Origin: Stegostoma tigrinum
Taxonomy: Eukaryota
DNA: 64,000 bases
Assembly: GCF_030684315.1 (NCBI RefSeq)
Contig: NC_081377.1
Location: forward strand, 1,922,001-1,986,000
Direction of reading: 5' to 3'
Shown here: positions 13,690 through 25,913 of the stretch, piece after piece
Layout: each line of letters begins with the position of its first letter
How positions within the stretch are numbered: position 1 is the stretch's first letter
Notes under the pieces: generated by a model
The model's input: only the letters and a program-made list of their open reading frames with translations
Told to the model about the DNA's origin: nothing
The model's database searches: none
Translations under genes and position numbers: made by a program

Positions 13690-15170
13690 GTATGAGGGAA
13701 CCAAATGCAACAGTTTTCTGGGATATATAGAGGCTTTAAGATGATTTAAACCAGCTGAGTGGGCCAACACCTGCTATATGTTGAACAAAAGTGGCTAATA
13801 CGAAGTTATATACTTAAGTGTGAAAAAGGAAGAGTGATAATATCAGGAAATGTGAATATACAAGAGGATTTGGGCATCCTGTATACCAGTTAAGGAAAGT
13901 AGGCACCAGGTGCAACTATTTGATTTGATTTGTAGAACAGATTCCCACTGTGTGAAAACTGGCCATTTAGCCTAATAAGTTCGCACCCACTCTCTGAAGA
14001 GCATCCCACCCAGATTCACCCTCTACCGTATCCTGTAACACTGGATTTTCCATGTCTAATCCACCTAACCTACATATCCCTGGACACTATGGGCAATTTA
14101 GCATGGCCAATCCACCTACCCTGCACATCTTTGGACTTTAGGAGAAAACCAGAGCACCGGGATGCAAACAGAAAGTGCAAATTCCACACAGATAATTGCC
14201 CGAGGGTGGAATTGAACCTTGGTACCTGGCACTGTGAGGCAGCAGTGCTAACCACTTTTTAAACCAAGGTTCATTTAATTTACTTACTATTGTCACATGT
14301 ATCAAGGTACAGTGAAAAGTATTCTATTGCATTCTAAACAGGCAAATTACACTTTATGTAAGTACATCAGGGTAATAGAACAGAATGCAGAATATAATGC
14401 TACAATTAGGGAGACATATGGTACATTGGCCTTCATTGCAAGAGGATTTCGAGTTTAGAAGGATGCTTTACTGCAGTTACACAGGGCTTTGGTAAGACCT
14501 GAAGTAGTGTATGATGTTTAGTTGGTGGGGAGAACAAAGTAGGTAGCAATGTACATTCTCAGCACTGATTGGTGTCAGCACATGGCATTGACTTCTGGTT
14601 CCAGAAGTCACTGTGTGCACAGATCTTAGAGGACCAGGCAGCCAGAAAAGAAAATCAGAGGGAATGCTGCTTATAACATAAGAAAGAATACTTGTCATAC
14701 AAGGAGTGCAGTGTAGATTCATTAGGTTGATATCAGGGATGGTAGAATTGTGTTATGAAAAGAGAATGGTTTGACTGTGCATGTAATTCAGTCAAGTTTA
14801 GAAAGTTGAGATGGGGGTCACATTAAAACTTCTGAAATTTTAGCAGAGCTGGAAAGACTAGGTACATGGAAGATGCTTTCTCCAGCTGAGGAGACTACAG
14901 CCAGGGAAGACCATTTAGGACTGAATTGAGGGAAGAAAAATCTTCACTCACAAGGATAATGAACTGTGGAATTTTCTAACACAGAAGTCTGTGGAAGCTA
15001 TGTCACTGATCATATTCAAGAAAGAGCTAGATACACCTTTAGATTTTAAAGGCATCATGGAGTATGTGGAGAAAGCCGGAATATAGCATTGATATAGGGG
15101 ATCTGAAGGGCAAAACAAGCTTGAAAGACTGAATGGCATACTCCGGCTTCTCATTCCAATGTTTCTGTGT
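13690..15170 (+). mobile_element. Old CR1 3' half with nested HE1 SINE and other inserts
   Basis: LLQLHRALVRP-, VQCRFIRLI- and YEKR-like remnants. Confidence 0.6.
13920..14255 (-). mobile_element. HE1-like V-SINE
   Basis: Reverse-strand homolog of 15807-16111 (gtggttagcactgctgcctcacag, V-domain, CR1-like tail). Confidence 0.85.
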
Positions 15171-15806
15171 GGATCTCCATTTCCTGAAGGTTTGCAGAGA
15201 TGAATAGCGGACTGTGATATCGGTATGACATCTGACTGTGCAGTGGCGAGTTGTATACCTTCCAAATGCTTAGCAATACTGGATCAGGTAAGGTTAAAAC
15301 AAAACAAATTTGTCAACTGCTCTTAATGAGAACAGTTCATCTTGTAGCTTTCCTCAAGGTAACAGCATAGATTCCACAGTGTAATGTACAAATATACAGG
15401 GTATTGAGGCAAAGTAGTACAATGGAAGCAGTACCACCTACAATTGTTGTGCGCTCAGAAGATTACAAAAACAGGAACTTCAGACATGAAGCATTTTAAA
15501 AGCACAAACTCTGGGGTTATGTTGCAGACAAACAGCTACCTTGGATAAATTTCAAATCACAGACAGGAAATGTTAAGATGCAACATGGAAACAGTTGCTG
15601 TAGGAAGAGGTTCTACTTGTTATGAACAACTGTACTATGCCCACATAAGGAGGATTGCTATAAAAAACAAAAGATGGTATACACCACCATCATAGAATCA
15701 TAGAATATTAGATCTGCAAGAGAATTACATAGAATTCTGAGCAAGGTGTCAAACCCAGAAATTGCACAGTGAGATAGCAAGAAAACAGAAAGGGAGAGAA
15801 ACATCT

Positions 15807-16111
15807 GGGACGGCACGGTGGCTCAGTGGTTAGCACTGCAGCCTCATAGCACCAGGGACCTGGGTTCGATTCCAACCTCGGGCGACTGTGTGTGGAGTTT
15901 GCACATTCTCCCCGTGTCTGTGTGGGTTTCCTCTGAGTGCTCCAGTTTCCTCCCACAGTCCAAAGAAGTGCAGGCTAAGTGGGTCGGCCATGCTAAATTG
16001 CCCGCAGTGTTCAGGGGTGTGTGGGTTACAGGGGGATGGGTCTGGGTGGGATGCTTCAAGGGCGGTGTTGGGCCGAAGGGCCTGTTTCCACACTGTAGGG
16101 AATCTAATCTA
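15807..16111 (+). mobile_element. Full-length HE1-like V-SINE (tRNA head, V-domain, CR1-derived tail)
   Basis: A box tggctcagtgg, B box gttcgattcc, V-domain tgtggagtttgcacattctccccgtg, tail gggccgaagggcctg shared with the CR1 3' end at ~44800. Confidence 0.9.
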
Positions 16112-16200
16112 CTGAATATTTTGTGAGTAAAGTTCTACTCAATAAAGACAATGTCATAATCAAACCTCACCTGACTTTCACATTCATATCCTTCACTTAC

Positions 16201-16220
16201 CAAACATTGTAGAAATACTG
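16201..16220 (-). other. Candidate 20-nt (or 17-nt, NAGNAG) micro-exon of the unidentified minus-strand gene
   Basis: Minus strand: ctgattttggtttaacag|cagtatttctacaatgtttg|gtaagtga. Confidence 0.35.
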
Positions 16221-16549
16221 CTGTTAAACCAAAATCAGGAAGTTTATTATATATCGCTGGTACTTATAAAATACTAGAATTGCTACACTTTTCTTCCTCT
16301 TATCTTTGCTACTTTGCACACATTCTCCCCTTGGTTCATCTGCCACATTGTTCATAGTCTAACATCTGCATAGGTACAATGATTTCATAGAGGCAGCCAG
16401 AATTCACAGGTACTAGGCAGCACTAATGGATCTGATTGGGCTTGCTTTATAGAAAACTGACATGGATTCAAAAGCCCACTCTGTAGCCTCCTGTGTTAGG
16501 ACCATTCTATGATTCATTGTGTGTGTTTGTGGTACCACGATACATATAG

Positions 16550-17220
16550 TTGTTAGGGAGGGCATTGCAGGTTTTATTCCCAGCAATGATAAATAAAAGT
16601 GATGTTGTGTAGTTCTATGTTAGGATGAGAGAGACCTGGGGTTGAATTTGCAGGTGGTCGTGTTCCCATGCGATTACGGGCATGGCCTCCTTGCTGCTAG
16701 AGGTCACAGGTTTGGAAGATGCTGTCAATGGCAGATTGTTGAAATGCATCTTGTAAATGGTACACACTGTGCAGCAGTGAGGAATGGAGTGAACACATAA
16801 AAACGGTTGAGTTAAATGTCAAATCGAGAAAGCTGCTTTGTTTCGGCTGATATCATAATTGAGTGTTGTTGGAGCTGTAGTCACCTAGGCAAGTGGAGAG
16901 ACTTTCATTAAGCTCCAGAATTCTGCCTTGCAGTTCAGAGGAATGAGGGCACTTAGAAAGAGTTACTCTCTACAGAATTCCCAGCCCATGACTTCTCTTG
17001 TAGCCTGAGTATTAATGTGGCTGGCAGAGTTAAACTTCTGGTTAATTATCATCGACTGGACATTGGTCATGGGTGATTCAGTGTTGGTAATGCCATTGAA
17101 TTGCATGGGCAGATAACTAGATTTTCTTTCGTCAAAGATGACCATTGTCTGGCACCTGTGAGATATGATTGTTACTTGTCACTTATCTGTCAAAAACTGA
17201 ATGTTCTCCAGGTCTTGCTG
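16550..17220 (-). mobile_element. Degenerate LINE family B fragment
   Basis: Similar to 27850-28700. Confidence 0.6.
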
Positions 17221-18019
17221 CATATAAACTAAGGAGGCATCAATACCTGAAAAGTCTTGAATTGTACTACACTAAATGGCTTCATGTGCCTGACAGAGTT
17301 TCTGCTATGCTGTTTTACCTGGATGGTTACAGCATTCCTGGACTGGGCAAAAGTTTTATGAGTTATATGGCGCTTAACTATAAATGTTTAATTTTGTGCT
17401 TTATTTGCACATTGGACGAGAAAATCTTTCCTTTGAAAAGAAATATAATATACCTTGATTCAGATGACAGGCTGATCAATGGGACAGCAACAACCTAGAA
17501 TGAGTCCAATACAAGAAAGCTGTAAAAGAGAAAAGGCTGTATTGGAAACAGAAGTATAAATATGCTGACACCTGTAGATCATCAAGATACTTTGACATTT
17601 GAGCTGCAGCAAAAAGCTCGTTTAGCAAGTCAAATTTTCCAGTCTTGCAACATTCAAAGTAACTGCAACTTTCAATATGGGATTATAAATTAACAGGTTC
17701 CCATTACATACACTGAATATTTTGCACTCAAACTTATTGTCAAGGTCAAGAACAGCATATGTTAGTTTATATGCATAGACAGCACAGTTTTCTATCTAGT
17801 CGAGTACTCGTAGGTCAGACAAAGGATAAAGTTCCCCTGCGTACTTCAATTCCTACTGCACTGCAACAGTCATTTACATACTTCTTCCAAGTTGTCTAAT
17901 TTGGAACTAATTTTATGAGTAGTGCTGTGCTGTGAGTTTGTAGATTCTTCAATAAGGGATCAGGCCATTTGAAACTCAGGAATTTTGCTCTAAGTTCTAA
18001 AGTTAATCAGTTCAGAGAA

Positions 18020-18375
18020 ACCTTGCATTTAAACACAGTTTCTTTATCTTAAATATTCCAACTTCCTTGACATATGCTGCATTAATTGGAGCTTTGGTCA
18101 CTTATGAGGACAAATGCAGATGCCATTTTGTGCACAACACAATTGACAAACAACAACAAAATAAATAACTAAACTGGGAGGAGCAGTGTTAACCAAGATG
18201 TTGCTCTTCTTCAGACTGCACATGTTTTAATACAGCATCACGGAATCAATATTCTGCTTTTATTGTCACATCTAAAGCATGAAACTCTTGGCAATACTAC
18301 ACTATAGTAGTTAGCCCAGTTTTTGCACAAGTGAGGCTTGACCCTAAACTTCATGATTTAGATCCAAGCTACTGT
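18020..18375 (-). mobile_element. Old Deu-domain SINE remnant
   Basis: Patchy reverse-strand similarity to 58900-59300. Confidence 0.45.
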
Positions 18376-20651
18376 TAATTATGTTAAGGAAGCATTTGTA
18401 ATGCGACATCCTGTTCCCATGATCATAATTTCAATGTCAGATATTGAATCACAACTACAACCGATATGACTTTTATTTGCGAGTTCTCAGACAAACAAAC
18501 ATTTTTTTCAGTATGTTCCAAAAAGTAAATGGTCATTCAGTAATATGTGTTATTCTTACTCCCTATGCTTAGTGTAACCAGCAATTAAAACAAGTAGTCT
18601 TACAGAAAGGATGCAGTGGCCAGTGTTGAAGGGATTGTTGGGGGAAGAGGGCGAGAGCGAGATCAATGACATACATCAAAAATGAAATCTCAACAGCACA
18701 TCCTATTGTTGGCCACAACAACTATGTATATGTATTCACAATATTTGATGATACAACATTTCTATGTACACAATACTGTAGTGCTGCAGGGAGGTAGTGT
18801 ACACCGGTTTTGGCTGTAACCCTAGAAGATCATGCAAAGTAGTCAACAAACAGCAATTGGTAAAGCTCTTCTCTGCTTTCCAAAACACCAAATAGCTTGT
18901 AATAATGGGAAACAAAGCAATTTGGCATTTGAGGAAATGGGCCTATTTTAATTGCTGAGACAGGAAGACACCCAATCTCTGACTAAAAATAGACAGCTGA
19001 ATTTGTCACAAATGGCAGATCACTCCAGGAATTGGGACTTTCTATCACCATCTGGAAATATACCCTAGCCTTGGCAGTCCAGAACGCATGCAACCAAGGC
19101 ACTTCTGTATACTCTAATTTTGTTTATAAAATGTCAGAATGCTAACCATAAATATGTGAACCTGAAAGAAACACAAATGTAAACATTTAGAACAATGATA
19201 AAACATCATAAAGCAGTATACATCTTACATGTTTCTGCCCTCAAAGTACTGCACTAAAAAATGACATTTTTTTTTCCAGAAAAGCTTCTGAACAACTGGT
19301 GCTTCATCTCCTGTCTGTAAATTTATCTCCTCTAATTATTTTGCTTTATTGATTTGCTAACCATTTGATGGAGGAGCCCAATTGGAGAGAAGATACTGTG
19401 AAGTTTCATTCATCACTGTGAACGAGAAACTTCTATAAACACACTGCTCTCCTACCACAGAGAGAATTATAAGCCCAGTAAGAGGAGAAATTATCCCTTG
19501 GTCACCTTTTAAATAGTTGTCCCTGTCAAAAAGCAAAAACTTGGACACTGACTATCTATTTGCACCTGAAGCATGAACATTGTTACATTAACTTTGACAA
19601 TAAGAGCTACGCATGAGCAGTGAGATTATTTAACCTTAGTCAATTGTAGTCCGTTCTCAGTAAATGAATTAACCAGTCTTGATCAATATAAAATCTAATT
19701 GCAGTTTAATTTGTTACAGAGTAATCAAAGACCTGGGGCCTTTTGGGTAATACTCTTCTCATCTTACAGAATGTTGACAGTTTCAAACAGTAAGGTTAGT
19801 AATGCAGGCATCACTGTGAAGGAACTCAGTGAATATCATCCTTTCCACCCCTCTTCCCCACACCCTACCACTAAGAAAAAAAACTGGGCCAATCAGAATC
19901 AACAATATCAGAACGGCAGCAATATAAAGAGCTATGCCGTGGGAGGGTTTTGGACAGTGCCGGCACTTCCCAGAATAAAATGCTATCTTTGATTACTACA
20001 TTATAGCACTGCATGCCTCCAGATATGTGGTTGCTACTTACTGAAAATATTTTTATATTGCATTTAGCAACAAACTTATCCTGGCAATGTAAGAATTTCA
20101 TGCACAAGTATATTCTGACATTTTGTTAAAATGGTGGGTGCTGCAATGTAAATAATGAGGACATTATGTGGAACCAACAATAATGCAACAGAATCATGTG
20201 AAAGTTGAAGAAAAACAAAAGAACACTAACTCAAAGGCTTTGAGAGTCTGGGACTCTGAAGGGTTAGCTGAAATGTACTTGAGACAATTAATTGTTTCTG
20301 GAGATGGATCAGAGCAAGACCAAGAAACATTCCAAGAATGCTTGTAGATGGAGCTGATCGAAAACAAATGTCAATTGGACACAACAACTTATTTACCTTA
20401 TGATATCAATGTCCCCTTGTCTAATCTGGAAGAAACAAATGCCCTACACAGGCAATACTTCCTCTGTATTTAATAGGGAAATCTTAATTTTTGGAGGGAC
20501 ACCATTCTTAAAGATTAACATATATTCAGCACAATGGCAATGAGTTATACATCACAGTGTCTCCCAAAGAATTAATTCACATTGACGTGAATTATACATA
20601 GCTACTGTGATTCCGAACAACATGAAGTTTCAGACAGGTAAGACAAGGTAT

Positions 20652-20858
20652 GAAAACAGAAGTTGCTGGAAAAGCTCAGCAGGTCTGGCAACATCTGAGA
20701 AGGAAAAAACAGAGTCAGCATTTCGGGTCTAGTGACCCTTCTGAGGAACATTAACTGTGTTTTTTCCTTCACACATGCTGCCAGACCTGCTGAGGTTTTC
20801 CAGCAACTTCTGTTTTTGCTCCTGATTTACAGCATCTGCAATTCTTTTGGTTTTTATT
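20652..20858. mobile_element. PLE-derived fold-back mini-element, family B
   Basis: acagaagttgctggaaaagctcagcaggtctggca ... tgccagacctgctgaggttttccagcaacttctgt; hammerhead remnant at the apex. Confidence 0.8.
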
Positions 20859-22697
20859 AAGACAAGACAAGAGACAGGAACAGGAAGAGGCCATTTGTCC
20901 CATCAAGCTTGTTCTGCCAACCAATAAAATCATGGTTAATCTGCATTGAGTTCCACTGTTCCACTTACCTTGAACAACCTTTAATTCACTGCTCAATAAA
21001 AATCTATTACTTCCACCTTAAAAATATTCAGTGACCCTGCCTCTACTGCTTTCAGAGGTAGACAGTTCCAAAGTAATATAACTCATAACGGTAATATTGG
21101 AGCACTGTTGATCTTTTAAAAAATGAGGGAAACTTACAAAGAACATTTTAAACTATGTTCAAGTCCTAGTTTTGTGCAGTTACTCCAATAAATTGACATA
21201 TTTTCGATTCTCTACTTGTCCTTGTAACCAAATCTGTCATCATAGGCAAATTACATGAGGTCAACTCATCGTCTTTAGTGTGCATGCAGCAGCTAGTATC
21301 GTAAGAAATCACAACAATCCTGGAGTTGTTCCTTGATGGCCCCAATTTCTTTAAAAACATTTTCAGCATATTACAATACATAAAAAAAATCAATCTCCTT
21401 ATCAGTTATTTTCATAAATTGCAACCATACATCCATATTACAAAGTGTACAGAAGGCAATTATATTCAAGGTAGAAAACCCCTCTAAAGTTATGAAACAC
21501 TTAGCAAGTATAACAAAATTTTTTCATAGCCTGCACCCATTCCCACCCAATGGATTAATCACACCCCTTGAACAGCCAACAGCAACCGTATCTCAAGGTC
21601 ACTTATTTTCAGTTCAAGGCCCAGCTACGCCAACTTCAGACATACTTTGTTAAACCTTTCACAACAAGGACAAAGCAGACCGCCATTCTAACAGTATAGA
21701 GATAAGAGTCCTAATGGACTTTTAGAAAAAAAAGCATTTTAGTCACCACTACTTCCATTTCTCTTGTGGGCGTGTTACAATACTTAGTTTGAGACAGGCA
21801 GTGACTGGCTGAGCTATTCCAAACCAACATTCCAGTGACCTTCACACAATTCTCAAGTCAAACGTGCACAGGACTGGGCACTCGCCTGTTCCTCTCCTTT
21901 TACAAGGCATTGTGTGTTGCCTACATAACAGAGGAAGGATTGCTGAATTTCAAGCATCTGTCCTCAATAAGCCAATTGAAACTATATGTCAACAATAAAC
22001 TGAAGCCCCACGATTTCTAATTAAAATATCATTGTTCATGGTGAAAAAAAGCATCAAAAACCATGATAGTCTCTTCTATTAAGTGTCTTGTAGTCTGTCA
22101 CCTGAGGATAGTAGCAGGATTTCAAAACAGTCTGGTTCACAGATTCAAAGTTGTATGTTTGTCATCAAGTTTTGATATATTGTGTAAAGTCTGTTGATCC
22201 TGCCTAGTTTGAACATCCGCTCCATATCAACTCTAGCATACAGCAAATCCAAAATAACACTGACACACAGGACTTAAAACAAAAATCCAGATTTTATTTT
22301 TTGGAAATATGGGAATAAGAAACGAAAAGTAGGACATTTTCATAAACCTCCACATACTGAACTTAGGTATTGTTCACTTGTAGTTAAGAAAAGAAAATCT
22401 ACAATCCTTCCTCACCAGAAGTAGAACAAAACAAACATCTGAATGGCCTCTCCTTTAACAACCACTGTCTACTCACTAGCCCTCGAGGAATTCAAGGTTG
22501 CTCAAAGCCCTTCGATCACTTGATTGTGACTTGTAAAGCAGAAAGCTGAAGGACACAGCCTAAATACTAGAACAGTCATACGAGAAGGATTTTACTTCGT
22601 CTAAATTTTGAGAGGGAAACCCAGTTTCTTGCGAATCCACCACAGTATTTATGCAGCCATTCACTCATTTTGATTGAAAAAAAATTCTCAAACTTAC

Positions 22698-23620
22698 CCC
22701 AACATCCAGCTTCATAGTACGAATGTACTCTTTCCTCTCCAGGTCCGGAAGGAGAGGAAAAGGAGCACTGGAAGACACTCCTAGGCTCCAAAAAAACAAG
22801 GAGGCCAACAATCAAAACCTTCTCAAATGCAGCGAACCCCAAACGCAGCTGCAGTGCAATACAGACAGGACACAGTGCAAAGTAGAAAGCTTGCAGCTCT
22901 GAAGCCAGTAAATGAACGCAATCGCCATTTTTCTTTGTCTTTCACTTGACCCCTGTCTCAGTGATAAACTCACTACAACAAACCTGCAGCCTTTTCTCTC
23001 CCCCCCCGGCAAGTGAAGGCTGAAACTCAGCCCAACCTGCTACTCGTGCAAGACCCGCCTCCCCAGCATAGCAGCCTGCCATTGGAACGCCACCTCGCGT
23101 TTCCCCGGGGTGTTGCATCCTGATTGGACAGTCAGCACGCCAATCAGCTGGCCATTTGACACTTCCGGTTTCAGGTTCGGTTGTCCGACAGAATAGGGGT
23201 CAGAAGAGATAGGGGAGGCCTGGATGGGCAAAGGAAACACTCAACACAAGCATTAATTCAGGGAGAACACCACGAAACAATTGTAGGATACTGTGAACAA
23301 AGAACTGCAGCAGATTTTCGGATTAAAGCGATCAGTACATCGTTTGTTTATTAGCTTGTGTATTTGCACATTTTCCTTTGGCAGTACGAGTAGATTCCAT
23401 TGCCAACAGCACCATGTAAACTCTCTTTGTTTCTCTCTGCTTTCACAGCGAAGAGGTTTTTTTTACAAACTTTCCACCGCTTTTCTCCTTCATCACACAA
23501 ATCCCGCCTCACGCCCTCCGAGATTGGTCAGAACTGGGTTGCAAACATTCCATTCCAGCACCGCCTAATACTCGATTGGCCAGCAGCTATATCAATTATT
23601 GCAAAGGGATCGCGTCATCC
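22698..23620 (-). promoter_or_regulatory. Promoter-like block(s) with a candidate alternative first exon ending at a GT donor (22698|22697)
   Basis: Local CpG enrichment; GC boxes at ~23054 and ~23503; CCAAT/ATTGG boxes at ~23082, 23123, 23140, 23523, 23575; ETS acttccgg at 23161; YY1-like cgccattt at 22923; minus donor ggg|GTAAGT. Confidence 0.55.
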
Positions 23621-24944
23621 TAAAGGCTCTTTCCCCCAATTACCTTTGCTGAAATCGCCAAAAGATTGAGCTAGATCAGACACTTCAAGCTACTATTACT
23701 CAAGCAATTTTGGCAAAACTAAACGCAACTGCCATAGGTAATAGGTGGCATCAACAAGAAAAATGTTCTCGAGACTATTTAAGCCTGGATTTCAACACGC
23801 AACTCATTTTTCTACAAAAATCTTGACCAAAATGATCCCATTCTCTGTCTCCGACGTAAAGAGTTCCGTTCTTGGGCAGATTCTTAATCCGGTAACAATC
23901 AAGTTAACCACCAGGGTCAGACAGGTCAACTACAGGCAAAACACCAGAACTAGCTGCGCCAACTGGAGGGCAAAACAAAATCACAGACTGACAGAACATC
24001 TGCAGGCAGAACACAGGGATTTGTCATAGCAACGACAGATAGGATCGGAAAGACAAATTACAGGCCCTAGCAACAATGGCATCAGACAAGGCAACTAGAG
24101 GCACAATTTGGGGATCAGACACGGCAAGGGAAAGTACAGCAACACCCAAGGATCTTCCAGGATCAGTTTGTGGCAGGGCAGAAGGGATAACATCCTGAAA
24201 TGTACTTTAGTCAGGTTCAATCTAAGCAACAATGTTTAGTAATGCAGGCACCCAGCACAGTGAACAATAACAAATGTTAATATCCTTTACTTATTAATCC
24301 CAGTTGGAGCAAATATGCAGGGAAGTTTGTTGCAGAAACTGATGCAATGATATTCAAGAAAAGTGTTTCTATTTTGTCACCACCATAAACGTAATAACCC
24401 AATACATCATTGGATATGCAACATATAAACAGGCTATTCGGATCAACTAGTCTATGCCAAAGGGATAAATACATTTTTCTGGCTAATGCAGCGCAATTCA
24501 AAGCTGTTCACATCCAAACTGATTCACCCAGAATCTAACTGGAAAAACAATCTGGCAATTACATTAATTAGCTAAATTATAATTCAGACAACATAACATT
24601 TACTCATACGAACACTGACCCTGATACTTACAACACCAACAGTTCAGCCTCATTATCTTACATCAAATATAAAAGTTTAGAGAATCTTATAAAAGTGAAT
24701 TTGACCTACATTCCAGAAAAACCCATATGATGAGCTGACTAATCTCATAGTTAAGCATCACTTGTTGAATCAGAATTACTGCAGGAAGTATCAATGAATG
24801 TACAACTTGATACCTATTTGGTTGCAATATTCCAAATCTCATCACCTGCACTTTGACAGTAAGTCAATTCTACATTTGACCATTACTTCCCACTGCACCC
24901 TGTACGTCACTTACTAAAGAACATGCACTGGAAAATATACTGAC

Positions 24945-25310
24945 ATAGCACCTTTCAAATTCCGGCACCCTTTGCAGTCAATTTCAAAGTGAAGTTGCAC
25001 TGTTATGATGAAAGTAGACACAATAAAATCCATAACTAGCAATGTGATGAATGACACATTAGGTTATCGGGGTTGTCTGAGGACAAATATTGGTCAGGGC
25101 ACTTAGAAGAACTTGCACATGCTTCTTTGAAATATTACCATGAAATCATACCCAAATGCAGGGACACAGACCTTTGGACATTCTCTTAAAAAGTCAACAC
25201 CTCTGACAGTGCAGTACTCTTTCATTGCCAGGCTAGTGTGTCAGCCAGGATTTTGTGTTCACATCTTTGGAATAAGAGTTGATCACACAATTTTTGAAAG
25301 CTGCAAAAAT
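24945..25310 (-). mobile_element. Deu-domain SINE (SacSINE1/AmnSINE-like)
   Basis: Reverse-strand match to 58900-59300 (agcaatgtgatgaatgac, caaatattggtcaggg, ctctgacagtgcagtactc). Confidence 0.6.
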
Positions 25311-25559
25311 GCTGTCCACCGATTCACGTCTCTTTTCATGCCAAATACTTATTAAATTGTGGTTAATGTTATTTTATAAGCAAATACAGCCATAACTTGC
25401 ATTTTGCAAAGTCCCACAAACAGCAAGGAGCATCAACCTAGATTACAGTCTGGGAGAACAGCTTAAACCCATGACTCTTCAGAGTTTGTGTGCGGTGAAC
25501 AAAGCCTATTTGACACTATGGAACATAATGCCAAGTTACCATAAACTATGAAACAGTTA

Positions 25560-25715
25560 CAAACTGCTGGAAAATCTCAGCAGGTCTGGCAGTATTTTGA
25601 CTGAAGAAGGGTCACTGGATCTGAAATGTTAACTCTGTTTCTGCCGGACCTGAGTTTTCCCAGCAATTTCTGATTTTGTTTTCCAATTTCCAGCATCTGC
25701 AGTTCTTTGGGTAAT
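25560..25715. mobile_element. PLE-derived fold-back mini-element, family B
   Basis: Inverted arms around ctgaagaagggtcactggatctgaaatgttaac (CpG-decayed hammerhead). Confidence 0.8.
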
Positions 25716-25885
25716 TTTTTAAAACCATAAACTGTGCCTGTGACGGTATCCAGTCCAGCCGTTGTCCACAGCGCTGGCACAGTAATGGATGCACAGAAAG
25801 CACATTATGGCTGAGTGTATAACAACACAGTTAAGAGTTTGGTTCACATGGGAATTTGATGCTGAGAAGGTAACATACACTCCTT

Positions 25886-25913
25886 CCAGCATCTGCAGTT
25901 CCCATTATCACTG
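25886..25913 (+). mobile_element. 28-bp PLE 3'-tail-only insertion
   Basis: ccagcatctgcagttcccattatcactg matches the family-A 3' terminus; 11-bp TSD atacactcctt at 25875-25885 and 25914-25924. Confidence 0.8.

Noticed and set aside
15197-15293. Plus-strand exon ending at cag|gtaagg
   Set aside because: Stops in all three frames from the nearby acceptors and no supporting gene context
15807-15880. tRNA gene
   Set aside because: A and B boxes belong to an HE1-like SINE head followed by the V-domain
19335-19540. MALAT1-like triple-helix motifs (ttttgcttt, aaaaagcaaaa)
   Set aside because: Spacing is wrong, the second U-rich tract is missing and there is no tRNA-like element downstream
23620-23640. 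Histone 3' stem-loop start (aaaggctcttt)
   Set aside because: Second half of the stem is absent and there is no histone ORF
24765-24850. Box C/D snoRNA on the minus strand (GTGATGA...CTGA about 70 nt apart)
   Set aside because: No terminal stem and no recognisable rRNA or snRNA antisense guide
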